Source: Novakomyces olei (taxonomy: Eukaryota). Taken from it: a stretch of DNA of 64,000 nt. The notes under the pieces were generated by a model. The model saw nothing but the letters and a program-made list of their open reading frames with translations, had not been told where the DNA came from and ran no database searches. Numbering within the stretch: the first letter of the stretch is position 1; each line of letters begins with the position of its first letter. Shown here piece after piece: positions 1-9,957 of the stretch. The translations under genes were made by a program, and so were the position numbers. The stretch spans positions 1 through 64,000 of the forward strand of contig JADEYG010000004.1 of the NCBI GenBank assembly GCA_016906335.1, given 5' to 3'.

Positions 1-124
1 CTAACCCTAACTAACCCTAACTAACCCTAACTAACCCTAACTAACCCTAACTAACCCTAACTAACCCTAACTAACCCTAACTAACCCTAACTAACCCTGA
101 CTAACCCTAACTAACCCTAACCCT
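1..124. repeat. Telomere tract, ~12 copies of CTAACCCTAA (G-strand TTAGGGTTAG); one variant CTAACCCTGA at 91-100
   Basis: Tandem 10-mer from base 1 with the C-rich strand at the 5' end; contains the canonical CCCTAA core. Confidence 0.95.
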
Positions 125-529
125 GCCTCCTTTCTCCAACTACTTCCATTTCCTTCCCTCAACTCTTCCAAATTCTTTCTTTCTTCATCTCCCATCTCTT
201 TTCACCATCCCCCCACACCACTTCAATCAATTATTATTCTCATTCTCTGCCTTTTTTTATCTTTTATATCCTTAACCCTGCTTGATCCCTTTATAATCTA
301 ACATACAACTCTATATCATACTATACAATATTATCACAATCTTTCTTTCAATTACTCTCCTTTTTCAACCTTTTTTTGCCAAAATCTACATAAATCTATT
401 CCCATTTTCTACTTCTATTTCCCATCTCAACTCCAACTCTCTCCATCCTTTTCTTTATCCAACAATCTCAACAAATTTCTCTACTCCACTCCCTGATAAA
501 CAACCCTAACCCTAATAAAACAACTTCCT

Positions 530-1570
530 CATACATTATAATACCACATACATTATCCCAATAATTACCCCTAACCCTAACTGAACAAATCTCATACATT
601 ATGCCCCCATACATTAATGCCCATACATTAATTTACCATACATTATTCCTCTATACATTATTCATCCATACATTATTCATCCATACATTATTCCTCCATA
701 CATTAATGCCCATACATTAATTTACCATACATTATTCCTCTATACATTATTCATCCATACATTATTCATCCATACATTATTCCTCCATACATTATTCCTC
801 CATACATTATTCTACCATACATTATTCTACCATATATTATAATACCATACATTATAATGCCATATATTATTATACCATACATTATAATGCCATATATTAT
901 TCTACCATACATTATTATACATACATTACTTTACCATACATTATTCCTCCATACATTATTCTACCATATATTATTATACATACATTACTTTACAATACAT
1001 TATTTTACTATATATTATTATACCACACATTATTATACATACATTATTCCTCCATACATTATTCCTCCATACATTATTATACATACATTACATTATTCTA
1101 CCATATATTATTATACCATACATTATTATACCATACTATTATACATACATTATTCCTCTATACATTATTCCTCCATATATTATTATACATACATTACTTT
1201 ACAATACATTATAATACCATACATTATTATACTATACATTATTATACTATACATTATTATACATACATTATTATACATACTTTACTTTACAATACATTAT
1301 TATACCATACATTATTATACATACATTATTCACTTTACAATACATTATTTTACCATATATTATTATACCACACATTATTATACATACATTACTTTACAAT
1401 AACTTTACAATACATTATTCTACCATATATTATTATACCATACATTATTATACCATACATTATTATACATACATTATTCCTATACATTAAATTACCATAC
1501 ATTATTATACTATACATTATTATACATACATTGCTTTACAATAAATTATTCTACTATACATTATTATAAT
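530..1570. repeat. Subtelomeric satellite, degenerate ~15-bp unit (CCATACATTATTcct-like)
   Basis: Dozens of ATACATTA cores in tandem; almost no G on the + strand. Confidence 0.9.
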
Positions 1571-1948
1571 GCCACATAAAATGCATCCTGCGCCGTCATG
1601 AGCTTTTTATAAATCTTTAAACCCATATATCTCCATAATTACTAATCCAATCTTGTAAACAAGTATATATTTACACTCCTACTGCACCCCTCTATCCAAC
1701 CATACACTTTTTGTAAAAACACTTGTTCATTCGACGTTTTGTCACCTCTACACATGGACTACACACTCTTAATTTTTCTTATTTTTCTGACGTTTTTCTT
1801 ATTATACTTTATTACTATGGGGCTCTCTCTATAATATTTTTATTATATTATCAGATAGCTATAATATGTGTAGACCATCTTGTATAATAATTATATTTTA
1901 TAAATTCAGCAACCCTACCCTCGCCGCAATATGGTTTGCCAATGTTTT

Positions 1949-2281
1949 GGAATTAAGGCGGAAACTATTTTTGCTCTTACGTCGTTCTTACCCCCGTTTA
2001 TGCCAATTTCCTTAGCATTCCCGCGCAATTTCCCATATTATAATTTGGAATTTAGTCGGAAAATTCTCCCTAAAAAACCCTGCCTCCACGTTTCTCCTAC
2101 CATTCTTATTAGAATTACGCCATAATTCGCGGGAATGCTAAGGAAATTGGCATGACCCCCCCCTCATACATTAATTATTTTTCGAAATGGAATTATGGCG
2201 TAAAGGAAAAGCGAAAACCCTGACTAGAATTATACATAATAAGAATCACATTACATAAAAATGGAATTTCGCCATAATTCC
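1949..2281. repeat. Interleaved inverted-repeat block
   Basis: Perfect 26-bp IR at 2000-2025/2128-2153. 12-bp IR GGAATTATGGCG at 2189-2200/2270-2281. Related copies at ~1949 and ~2117. Confidence 0.8.
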
Positions 2282-3781
2282 GGTTTGAATATATCTAGGC
2301 AAGAAACGCTGGCCGAATATAGCTTCGACATCGTTTACAGGCCGGGCATCAACAATGGAGGGGCAGATCCCCTCAGCCGACGGCCAGATTACGCTTTAAC
2401 TAAAGATGGCAGCCACAGTAAGGCACAATTCCAGCCATTGCTATCGTCAAGCCAGCTGAAATGCTTCGCAACAGATGAGACCCAGCTTCTTGACGAGAGA
2501 AATTATGCTAAACCAGAGGAACGCAGGAGAATATTGGAGGCGTTCCATGACCACCCACTGGCAGGACATTTTGGCGAGGCCAGAACTCTGGAACTGATCA
2601 CCAGGAACTACAAATGGGACGGTATTACAAAAGATGTAAAGGAATATGTCAAAAATTGCCCTACATGCATTCGAAATAAGGTATCCCGAAGGATCAAAGC
2701 CGGCATGCTACAGCCACTGAAGATTCCGGACAGGCCTTGGTCGTCAATATCAATCGATTTTATTGTTAAGTTACCTATTTCCGATGGTTACGATTCAATC
2801 CTTGTTGTAGTGGACCGTTTCTCGAAAATGGCGCACTTTATACCGTGCAAGGAAAAGATTTCTGCTACAGAAGTGGCATATTTATTTATTAAGCACATTT
2901 TCCGACTACACGGCCTCCCCGAAGAAATAGTATCGGACCGAGATACTCGTCTTGTTAGTAAGTTCTGGACTGCACTAGCCGAAAATCTACAAATAAAGCT
3001 ATGCAAATCCACGAGTCATCACCCGCAAAGCGACGGGCAGACCGAAAGAACGAATCAGACCCTCGAACAATACTTGAGGTGTTACATTAATTATAATCAG
3101 AACAACTGGGCACGATTATTGCCGTTAGCTGAGTTTGCTATCAATAATGCACAAAGTGCCAGTACTAAAATGTCTCCATTTTTTATTGCCGTTGGTTATC
3201 ACCCACGATTTTCTTACGAGTTTCAAGCCACGAGCAATGTACCGGCCGCAAATGAGTTTACCGCGAAACTCCAGGAAAGATTTATGACTTTACGCGCCGA
3301 GTTACAGAAGGCTCAAGACCGAATGAAATTTTATTACGACGCTAAGCGACGCGACGCCGCTACTTACCAGCCAGGCGACCTAGTTTGGATTAGAAGACAG
3401 CACATTAAATCCAAAAGGCCGTCAGACAAACTTGACCATACAAAAATTGGCCCCTTTCCCGTATTGGAAAAAATTGGCACGAGCGCATACCGTGTTAAAC
3501 TGCCCGCGACCATTAGAATCCATCCCGTGTTTAACGAAACACTGCTGGAACCGCACAAAGGAGATCGTTTTTCACGAGACGCGTCCAGTGCAACCGTACC
3601 TGACGTTATCCAAGATGAGGAAGAATTCGAAGTAGACTACATATGCGATCACAAGGGATCGGGCTCGACAAGGCGCTATTTGGTTCATTGGAAGGGTTAT
3701 ACAGAAAATGACCGCACATGGGAACCGGTAGCGAACTTAGGAAACGCTAGCGAAGCTTTAGCAGAGTATCTTAAACGCTAA
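2261..3781 (+). CDS. Ty3/Gypsy pol C-terminal part: RNase H tail, integrase (HHCC, DDE, GPF) and chromodomain
   Basis: LAEYSFDIVYRPG..ADPLSR (RNase H end); HDHPLAGHFG..CPTC; ISIDF, SDRD, GQTE (DDE); IGPFPV; FEVDYICDHK..YLVHWKGY..TWEP (chromodomain). Confidence 0.95.
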   Translation: MEFRHNSGLNISRQETLAEYSFDIVYRPGINNGGADPLSRRPDYALTKDGSHSKAQFQPLLSSSQLKCFATDETQLLDERNYAKPEERRRILEAFHDHPLAGHFGEARTLELITRNYKWDGITKDVKEYVKNCPTCIRNKVSRRIKAGMLQPLKIPDRPWSSISIDFIVKLPISDGYDSILVVVDRFSKMAHFIPCKEKISATEVAYLFIKHIFRLHGLPEEIVSDRDTRLVSKFWTALAENLQIKLCKSTSHHPQSDGQTERTNQTLEQYLRCYINYNQNNWARLLPLAEFAINNAQSASTKMSPFFIAVGYHPRFSYEFQATSNVPAANEFTAKLQERFMTLRAELQKAQDRMKFYYDAKRRDAATYQPGDLVWIRRQHIKSKRPSDKLDHTKIGPFPVLEKIGTSAYRVKLPATIRIHPVFNETLLEPHKGDRFSRDASSATVPDVIQDEEEFEVDYICDHKGSGSTRRYLVHWKGYTENDRTWEPVANLGNASEALAEYLKR

Positions 3782-3911
3782 AAAGTTTCATGCTGAATTA
3801 TTTTATTTGATTTTTGTTTAATGACGGCGGTATTTCAACCATACTGTCCTAAATTGCGAGCAGATGTTATTCAACTACTATGCAAACTGTTTTATTATAC
3901 CGAATATTCGC

Positions 3912-4075
3912 AAAAAAAAAAAAAAAAAAAAAAAAGGGGGGAAAACTGCGTGTTTGCATCGTTAATATATGTAATGTATGAGTTAGCACGATATAGTGCT
4001 AAGTCACACACACTAGTGCCAAGTCACACACACTGGTGCTTTCTGGAACATTCCCACACAGAAAAACTATAAATA
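3912..4075 (+). promoter_or_regulatory. Putative internal promoter of the accessory gene: A24G6 tract, 20-bp direct repeat x2, TATA box
   Basis: A-run 3912-3935 plus G6; repeat units 3996-4015 and 4016-4035; TATAAATA at 4068-4075, about 55 nt before the ATG at 4129. Confidence 0.5.
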
Positions 4076-4128
4076 CAGTCGCACCCCCCGGTGCTATATC
4101 ACTACTTTACACACATATTTTTGAAATT

Positions 4129-5232
4129 ATGGAGGGACAAGAAATCGACTTGACAGCCGACCTTGAGGAGGGGGGTGAGCGCCCGCAAAAGCGATCGCGG
4201 GGCGCTAAGAATGTTGGAGAGCACATCTGCGCTCTCTGTCACAAAGGTCTTGGCAGAAAACAAGAGCTGCACCGACACCTAAAAGAAGTTCACCACGTTG
4301 ACTTTAGACTGGCTGAACTTGTGTCGGAATGGGACCTCCGAACGTCGCGCATGCCGACCCACCGGACGGGTAGGAACATACTTTGGGCCGCGGCGGCTAA
4401 GGAGCATACATGGCTTGAGACCGTTACAGAGTCTTGGAAAGACTGTTTCGAGCGGGAGCCAACGTGGCCGGTCGTCATGGAGGACGTTACGCAACACGAC
4501 CTTCAACTTTTTAACATCCGCGACCGAGCAAGATACACGGATATTTCGGTGGCTCGGTTCGTGGCGGGGTTCGTTTACGGCGCGGAGAAAATCGAATGGT
4601 ACGCGGCTTACAATGTGCCGCCCTCGACGCAGGGCTTACTAACCTTGAGCCCGAGGGCCCTACCCGCTACAAATAATTACAAAAACCGCCCCGAAACGGA
4701 CTGGAGCACGGTGGTCTCTCCGGCTGGGACGATCACGGACATACACGTGGACAACGTGTTCTTGGGTCACGTGTTGGTTTGCGTGCTGGGAAGGAAATTG
4801 GTATTCGCCTGGCCACCGTCGGCTGCGAACCTTGACTACTTCGCGCAGTACCACCACAAGGTGGGGGATATGTTTTTGTACCAGGGCATTCATGAGCTCC
4901 AGGGGCTACATGTTTGTGACCTGAAGAAGGGATTCGCCTGCTACATGGGACCCGGTTGGCTCCATGCAGTGATCTCCTTGGAAAACAGTGCGCTCACTGG
5001 TTACAGCGTAATACCAGTTGGGCAGGAAAACACTGTGGAACGCCTAGTGAGGTGGGAATTGGAGACACTGGCGGCGGATTCGGACAACTCCGTGGCATTG
5101 GCAAATGTCTACGAGGAGCACACGATTGGGGCTCAGGAATGGAAAAGAGCCAGAGTGAAAGGGGCAGATAGATTAGGTAGAATCAGTAGAGAAGGCCTCA
5201 AAAAATTAGAGCCCACCCTGGGAGGGGGGTAA
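4129..5232 (+). CDS. C2H2 zinc finger + JmjC-domain protein (putative Fe(II)/2OG histone demethylase or hydroxylase), 367 aa
   Basis: First ATG at 4129; CALCHKGLGRKQELHRHLKEVH (C2H2); TDIHVD (HxD), GRKLVFAWPP, PGWLHAV (distal His), resembling the JHD1/KDM2/PHF8-type pattern; intronless. Confidence 0.85.
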   Translation: MEGQEIDLTADLEEGGERPQKRSRGAKNVGEHICALCHKGLGRKQELHRHLKEVHHVDFRLAELVSEWDLRTSRMPTHRTGRNILWAAAAKEHTWLETVTESWKDCFEREPTWPVVMEDVTQHDLQLFNIRDRARYTDISVARFVAGFVYGAEKIEWYAAYNVPPSTQGLLTLSPRALPATNNYKNRPETDWSTVVSPAGTITDIHVDNVFLGHVLVCVLGRKLVFAWPPSAANLDYFAQYHHKVGDMFLYQGIHELQGLHVCDLKKGFACYMGPGWLHAVISLENSALTGYSVIPVGQENTVERLVRWELETLAADSDNSVALANVYEEHTIGAQEWKRARVKGADRLGRISREGLKKLEPTLGGG

Positions 5233-6001
5233 TGTCACGAGTGTGACATGGCCTTAAGTAAGACAGCGAATGCTGCATTACTTAAGGATAAGGACTATAT
5301 AGTTTTATATAGTATTTCATAGCGATAGCACTAGGTAGTGCTATACAGCACCACCTTGTGCTATTACTTAGTTTCATAGAAGTCGTAGTGTATAAAAGGC
5401 TTCGCGGAAGACTTTTTACACTACGCAATATCATAAGCTACAACTTGAAGTCTCCAGGTGTCTTAGGAGAATAGGCTTAGCTTCTAGCTGTAGTTCCCTT
5501 AGTCTTCACTTACCGGAACCCCTATCGAAAGGCAGCGTGCTATCTGCCGCCCAAGGGGATTACTCGTCGTCGCGGCTGAATTCAAGCCGTGAGTCACCTA
5601 GTTGCGGGCCGACCCGTAACACACTCCGCTAGCGCGAGAACATTCATAGTTATTTCCATAGTCTAGTTTAGGTTGAGAGCTTCCCGCTCTAACTTGCGCG
5701 ACCTTCGCTCAAGTTAGTTTGGGAAGAGTAGTTTAGAGTGCGAAGGAGCATCCGCTCCTCCGCAGCTTAGTTTAGTTTATAGTTGCCCGTGAAGGCCTCT
5801 TGCCCTTCACGGGTTGATTATCTCAAAGTGGGAGTAATACATTATATTACTCCTGGTAAGCTTTACAGTAATCGCTTTCTGCTTTCCTGGTCTTTCTTAT
5901 TCCTTTACTTTATTTAAACTATACACGGCCGGCCTCCAGCGATTGTAGCTGTAAGGACCGCCTTACACTGGAACGATCCAAGTGAACGTGTCTACGTGAC
6001 A
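5233..6001 (+). repeat. LTR 1 (769 bp)
   Basis: Starts TGTCACG 3 nt after the PPT and ends CGTGACA (perfect 7-bp terminal IR); TATAAAA at 5391. Confidence 0.8.
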
Positions 6002-6790
6002 CGTTATTTTTGGTGTTTATGTGGCTATTTTGATTTTATGAGCACGCGAGGTGCAAGATGCACCTGCAGTGCAATTCTACTATTAAACAAGACAAACCGA
6101 CTGCCGCGAAGGATCACGCCGCGCAGTGAGGAGGGAGATAGGTCGACGACAAGCTGTCGACGCCCGAATAATTCTGGGCCGTTCGCCTGCGAATTATGCC
6201 GGTGATAACGTACGAGATTTTTATTTTTTGATGTGCGCCTACCCGAGTGGGTAAATTGGGAGGCCAATACACTACGAGGTGCCCCTGGGGAGGAATTGGT
6301 CGCTCACCGCGCAGAGTTGAACCGGATGGACAACTACTGGCGTGAAAGGAAGACTTCCTATATCTACCTTGCGAAGATTGGGGAAATCGCAAGCCTTATT
6401 GGAGCTTAAGGAGGGGAGTGATGTCATGGTTGCACCTGACATGGTGCAAGTACAGTGCATCTTGCACAGAACTTGCACCGAGTAAAGTAGTTTAGCTTAC
6501 TTGTTGAGGCTTAGCCTCTTAGTTCCTTTTCGAGATAGTTTTTGAGTTATTTTAGTTAGTGAGATTAGTGAGTACGTAGCCCGTAAAGCATATAAAGGGG
6601 CTTCTCTCCTTTATAACTTTACGGTTAATCAACTTTGTTGGAAGAGTTAACTTCCATCTGGAGTCCCCTGCTGTAGCCAGCCGCGTACGACTGGCAGAAG
6701 CTTATAGTAACAAAAGCGTTTATTACTACGAGCAGTTAAGAGTCTACGTCCGAATCTACCTAAGCAAGCGTGCTAGGTAGCAACATAACA
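6002..6790 (+). mobile_element. 3' remnant of a second LTR retrotransposon: accessory ORF, PPT, LTR 2 at 6422-6790
   Basis: PPT AAGGAGGGGAG at ~6408-6418; LTR starts TGTCATG (6422) and ends CATAACA (6790, one mismatch to the perfect IR); TATAAAG at ~6592. Confidence 0.7.
6038..6409 (+). pseudogene. Accessory ORF of the second LTR element, unknown function, interrupted by TGA-TAA
   Basis: One frame runs from ATG 6038 to TAA 6409 at the PPT; its only internal stops are adjacent, at 6203-6208. Confidence 0.45.
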
Positions 6791-6817
6791 CGTTCTTTAC
6801 ACATAAAGTTCACTATG

Positions 6818-6955
6818 ATACCATATATTAACACCATACATTAATTCCCATACATTATTCCCAAATACATTAATCCCCATATATAATTCCCCCATACATT
6901 AAACCCCATAAATTATCCCCATACATTATTCCCCCATACATTAATTTACCATGCA
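6818..6955. repeat. Proximal continuation of the CCATACATTA subtelomeric satellite
   Basis: Same unit as 530-1570, about 9 copies. Confidence 0.85.
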
Positions 6956-7491
6956 AGGCATCTCAAGCCAGCAGAGCGCAGGTTTTGCTCAGGGAAGTCG
7001 GAGATAATATTACCGTATATGGCTGGCTATTATATTTGGTCGTACAAATGAGCAATTCAATATTTCCCTCACCCACAAGCTCATATCGTGTAAGAGATAA
7101 TTTTAGAGTCGATAGCAAAGCCATTATTATTGTGTGTATGTGCAATTTATAAAAGATTTCATATAGCCATTTCTATAGTGGCCTAGATAAACTATCAAGA
7201 ACACGCATAGCCATGGAGCAGAATTTTGAGGCCATTAATGAAAGAATGTATATATTAAATTTGCGGCTTGCGGACTTCGGAACAAGATCAGATCGCAATG
7301 ACTGGATACTCTGCAAAATGTCGTGCTCAGCCGTCGATCTCATTCGGAATCTCATTTAGCCTAAATAGGCAAATTCTCATTAGCGCCGCTTAATAACCGA
7401 GTGTGCGGGGCGACGCCAACGAGCGTAATATAATACGGAGCGACATCTCGCTGGAAGAGTCGCCGCAGTGCACAAATCTGATCCCTAAATC

Positions 7492-8095
7492 ATGGCCACC
7501 AGGTCGGGTCCATCAACGGAAAAGGATGCACTGCGTAGCAAGTCGCACGAATTAACAGCCTCAGGAGATGCCTCGACGACTGAAGCACTCGCCCCGGAAT
7601 CGGGCGTCAAATGCGGTCTTAAGACGCGGCACTTATCTATGCTGAGTCTTGCCGGAATTATAGGACCTGGCCTGCTTATTGGCGCAGGTAGCGCGCTTGT
7701 TGAAGGCGGCCCTGCTACGCTCATCATAGGATTTGCCCGGCGGGCAGTTTTGTGCGAATTATGGGGACAAAGCGTTTGCTTGTGCTGCTGGCTGGAATTA
7801 TTTTATAATATGGGCCGCTGTTCTATCGACTGAATACAATGCAACCACTAGCATTATGACGTTCTGGTCGCATAAGGTGCCCATTTGGGGCTGGTTCTTA
7901 ATTTTTTGGGCTGTTTTGCTTGCATTCCAGCTTCTCGGCCTTGCATCTTTTGGAGAGGCCAAGTTTTGGCTAGCTCTGATAAAGATTTTGGGACTTTTGG
8001 CATTTTTCATATTTGCCATTGTCTATATTGCTGGTGGGATTCGCGGTCAAAGAGCAAGATATTGGCATGACCCTGGACCAATTCCAATCGCATAA
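7492..8095 (+). pseudogene. Amino acid permease (APC/YAT family) fragment
   Basis: LKTRHLSMLSLAGIIGPGLLIGAG, then a frame change near 7735 to GWNY..FGEAKFWLALIK..YWHDPGP; ends after ~200 codons with apparent internal deletions. Confidence 0.8.
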
Positions 8096-8340
8096 ACTTT
8101 TACTTAAACGTGGAGCGAAACTAGTTTGGACACCTGGCGCAATGAAGGACAAAAGAATACTTTAACATCGCGGCGCTAGGCCGCAGGAATACAAAAAGAT
8201 TAATCTAATTCGTCAAAAATTATCGACGTATGAAGAAACAGTGAAGCGTAGGCTCCCGGAGACAAGATTATGCTTGCCACCATTAGTGTAATTTTAGGGC
8301 TTGTGGAAACGCAGAAATTACACCTGGGCGTGCTTTGAAA

Positions 8341-9591
8341 TCACATAAGCACTTGCAAGCCTTGAGCGCTCTTGGTGGCTCCCAGATGTGTCACATCGTA
8401 TGATTGAACGGGGGTGCTATGGCCTCTTCCTGTGGAAAGGTCCATGACCAGAATCTCCGACTTGTCACCAGGGGATAAAGCATACAAGTACCTTCCAGCT
8501 GCTTGGAGGTCAATAAAGCCACTGTTTGCGTTCCATTGCGAAGTGTTATGCACGGCAATAATGGAAGCATCAGCCAGGCTCATTTCCACAATGTGGTTGA
8601 CCATTGGGTCCGTGACGAAAGCGCTCTGGCTTACTTCAGAAACAGCCGCCCAGCAAGTTGCCTGCTGATTTTGGATGGTCTGATTGCGAATCAAGGCCAC
8701 TGTCTCAGTCATCTCATTGGTACTTAGAACGGCAGCTCCAAAGCTGGCATCAGTTACAAAGATGTTAGAAGAGTGCGGAATCAACTCGAAACCAAAGTAT
8801 GCGAGCATGCCAGAGATCGAAGTGCGCGAATCGACGGCAGAAACTCGAGACGCGGTAAGGCCACAGCCGGATGATACGGAAAACATGGACACAAAGCCAG
8901 TCTTATTTGCCGTCGGATCGCCTTTGACCGTTGTCAAGAGGACCGACTCATCAGCGGAAAAAGCAGTCTGTCCCACCATGTTCAATGGTCCCTTTGGAGG
9001 ATTACTTTGTCCGAGATCGAAGGAGCGCAAAAAGTCCATCTTGCCAATGCCAACTTCTGGCGCAAAGGGAGCACAGGCTACACCTGAAAGCTTTCCTGTA
9101 GTCGCAACGCATACAATACCGTTCTTCGGTGATACTGTAACACTGGACGGAAAATCTCCGGGCACGGCTACAGGCGCTCCTGTCATGGTCAAGTTGGTGG
9201 GATCATAAGGCGAGATAGAAAACATTGACAACGTGTTTGACCCCGAGTTTACAACAAAGAGGCTCTAAAGAAGTTTAGTGAGGTCGATACAGATATCAGT
9301 TATTACCTGTCCGCTGACAACGACAGAGCCCTGACTGCTCAGAGAGTCAGGCCCAGCGGACTGGTTCGTAGCGCTACTGATGAAGCTGAGCCCAGAACCG
9401 CCCGTTGCAAACTGTTTGCCGCCCCAGAGAGTGCCGTTTGCCATTATAGGCACAGCTACCACCATGTTATCGGCAGTGTTGGTTTGGAAATATACAGCAT
9501 GACCGGCCATGGCTGGAGCGTAGCATGGCATAGCTGAGGCCAAGCTGGCCGCAAGTCCGGCTACCGTAAAGAGTGCGTGTAAAGCGTACAT
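8341..9591 (-). CDS. Secreted beta-propeller / lactonase-like protein (2 exons)
   Basis: Signal-peptide-like N-terminus from ATG 9591; 42-bp GT-AG intron 9265-9306 joins VSGQ|SLFVVNSGSNTLSMF; QATCWAA motif. Confidence 0.7.
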
Positions 9592-9957
9592 TTGGATAGT
9601 AGGATTAAACAAGCTTGTTGAAATAGCTCTTGAGTTGTCTATCTGATGTCGAATTCCTAGCCCTTATATACATGTAGCTACGTCAAAGCCATTTGTTTTC
9701 TTGCAAGGCCTAGCCTCTAGTCGAGTCAGTCATCAATTTGCGCTATTTACGTCATAGGCAGGAAGGCTCGATACGAGTAGCGCAGTCGTGACATTCCCTG
9801 ATTTCCTCTATACTCGGTGTTTGAATTATCTCTGTCTAAGGTACCCGATTTGTCAGCATTGGTTCGAGGATAGAATCTACCGGGCATTTATTTATTGTTT
9901 ATGTAATCACTGCTTATCGTGAGCACCCACATGCCCGGAATTGGAATAAGCGCGTAT

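Larger units (their letters stand above)
2295..6001 (+). mobile_element. 5'-truncated Ty3/Gypsy chromovirus LTR retrotransposon: RNase H tail, integrase, chromodomain, accessory ZnF-JmjC gene, PPT, 3' LTR
   Basis: pol motifs; PPT GGGAGGGGGG at 5220-5229; LTR with TGTCACG...CGTGACA termini. gag, protease, RT and 5' LTR are not seen. Confidence 0.85.

Noticed and set aside
857-1402. 181-aa Tyr/Ile/His-rich ORF
   Set aside because: Translation of the G-less satellite; low complexity.
2261-3781. Ginger/Polinton-type DNA transposon integrase
   Set aside because: The RNase H tail, chromodomain, PPT and LTR point to a truncated Ty3/Gypsy element; no enclosing TIRs seen.
3821-4072. 83-aa ORF with poly-Lys
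   Set aside because: Product of the A24 tract; no other coding signal.
5249-5260. TGG after TGTCA..TGACA as a tRNA primer-binding site (also 6442)
   Set aside because: It lies only 16-20 nt into the LTR, and I cannot match it to a tRNA 3' end.
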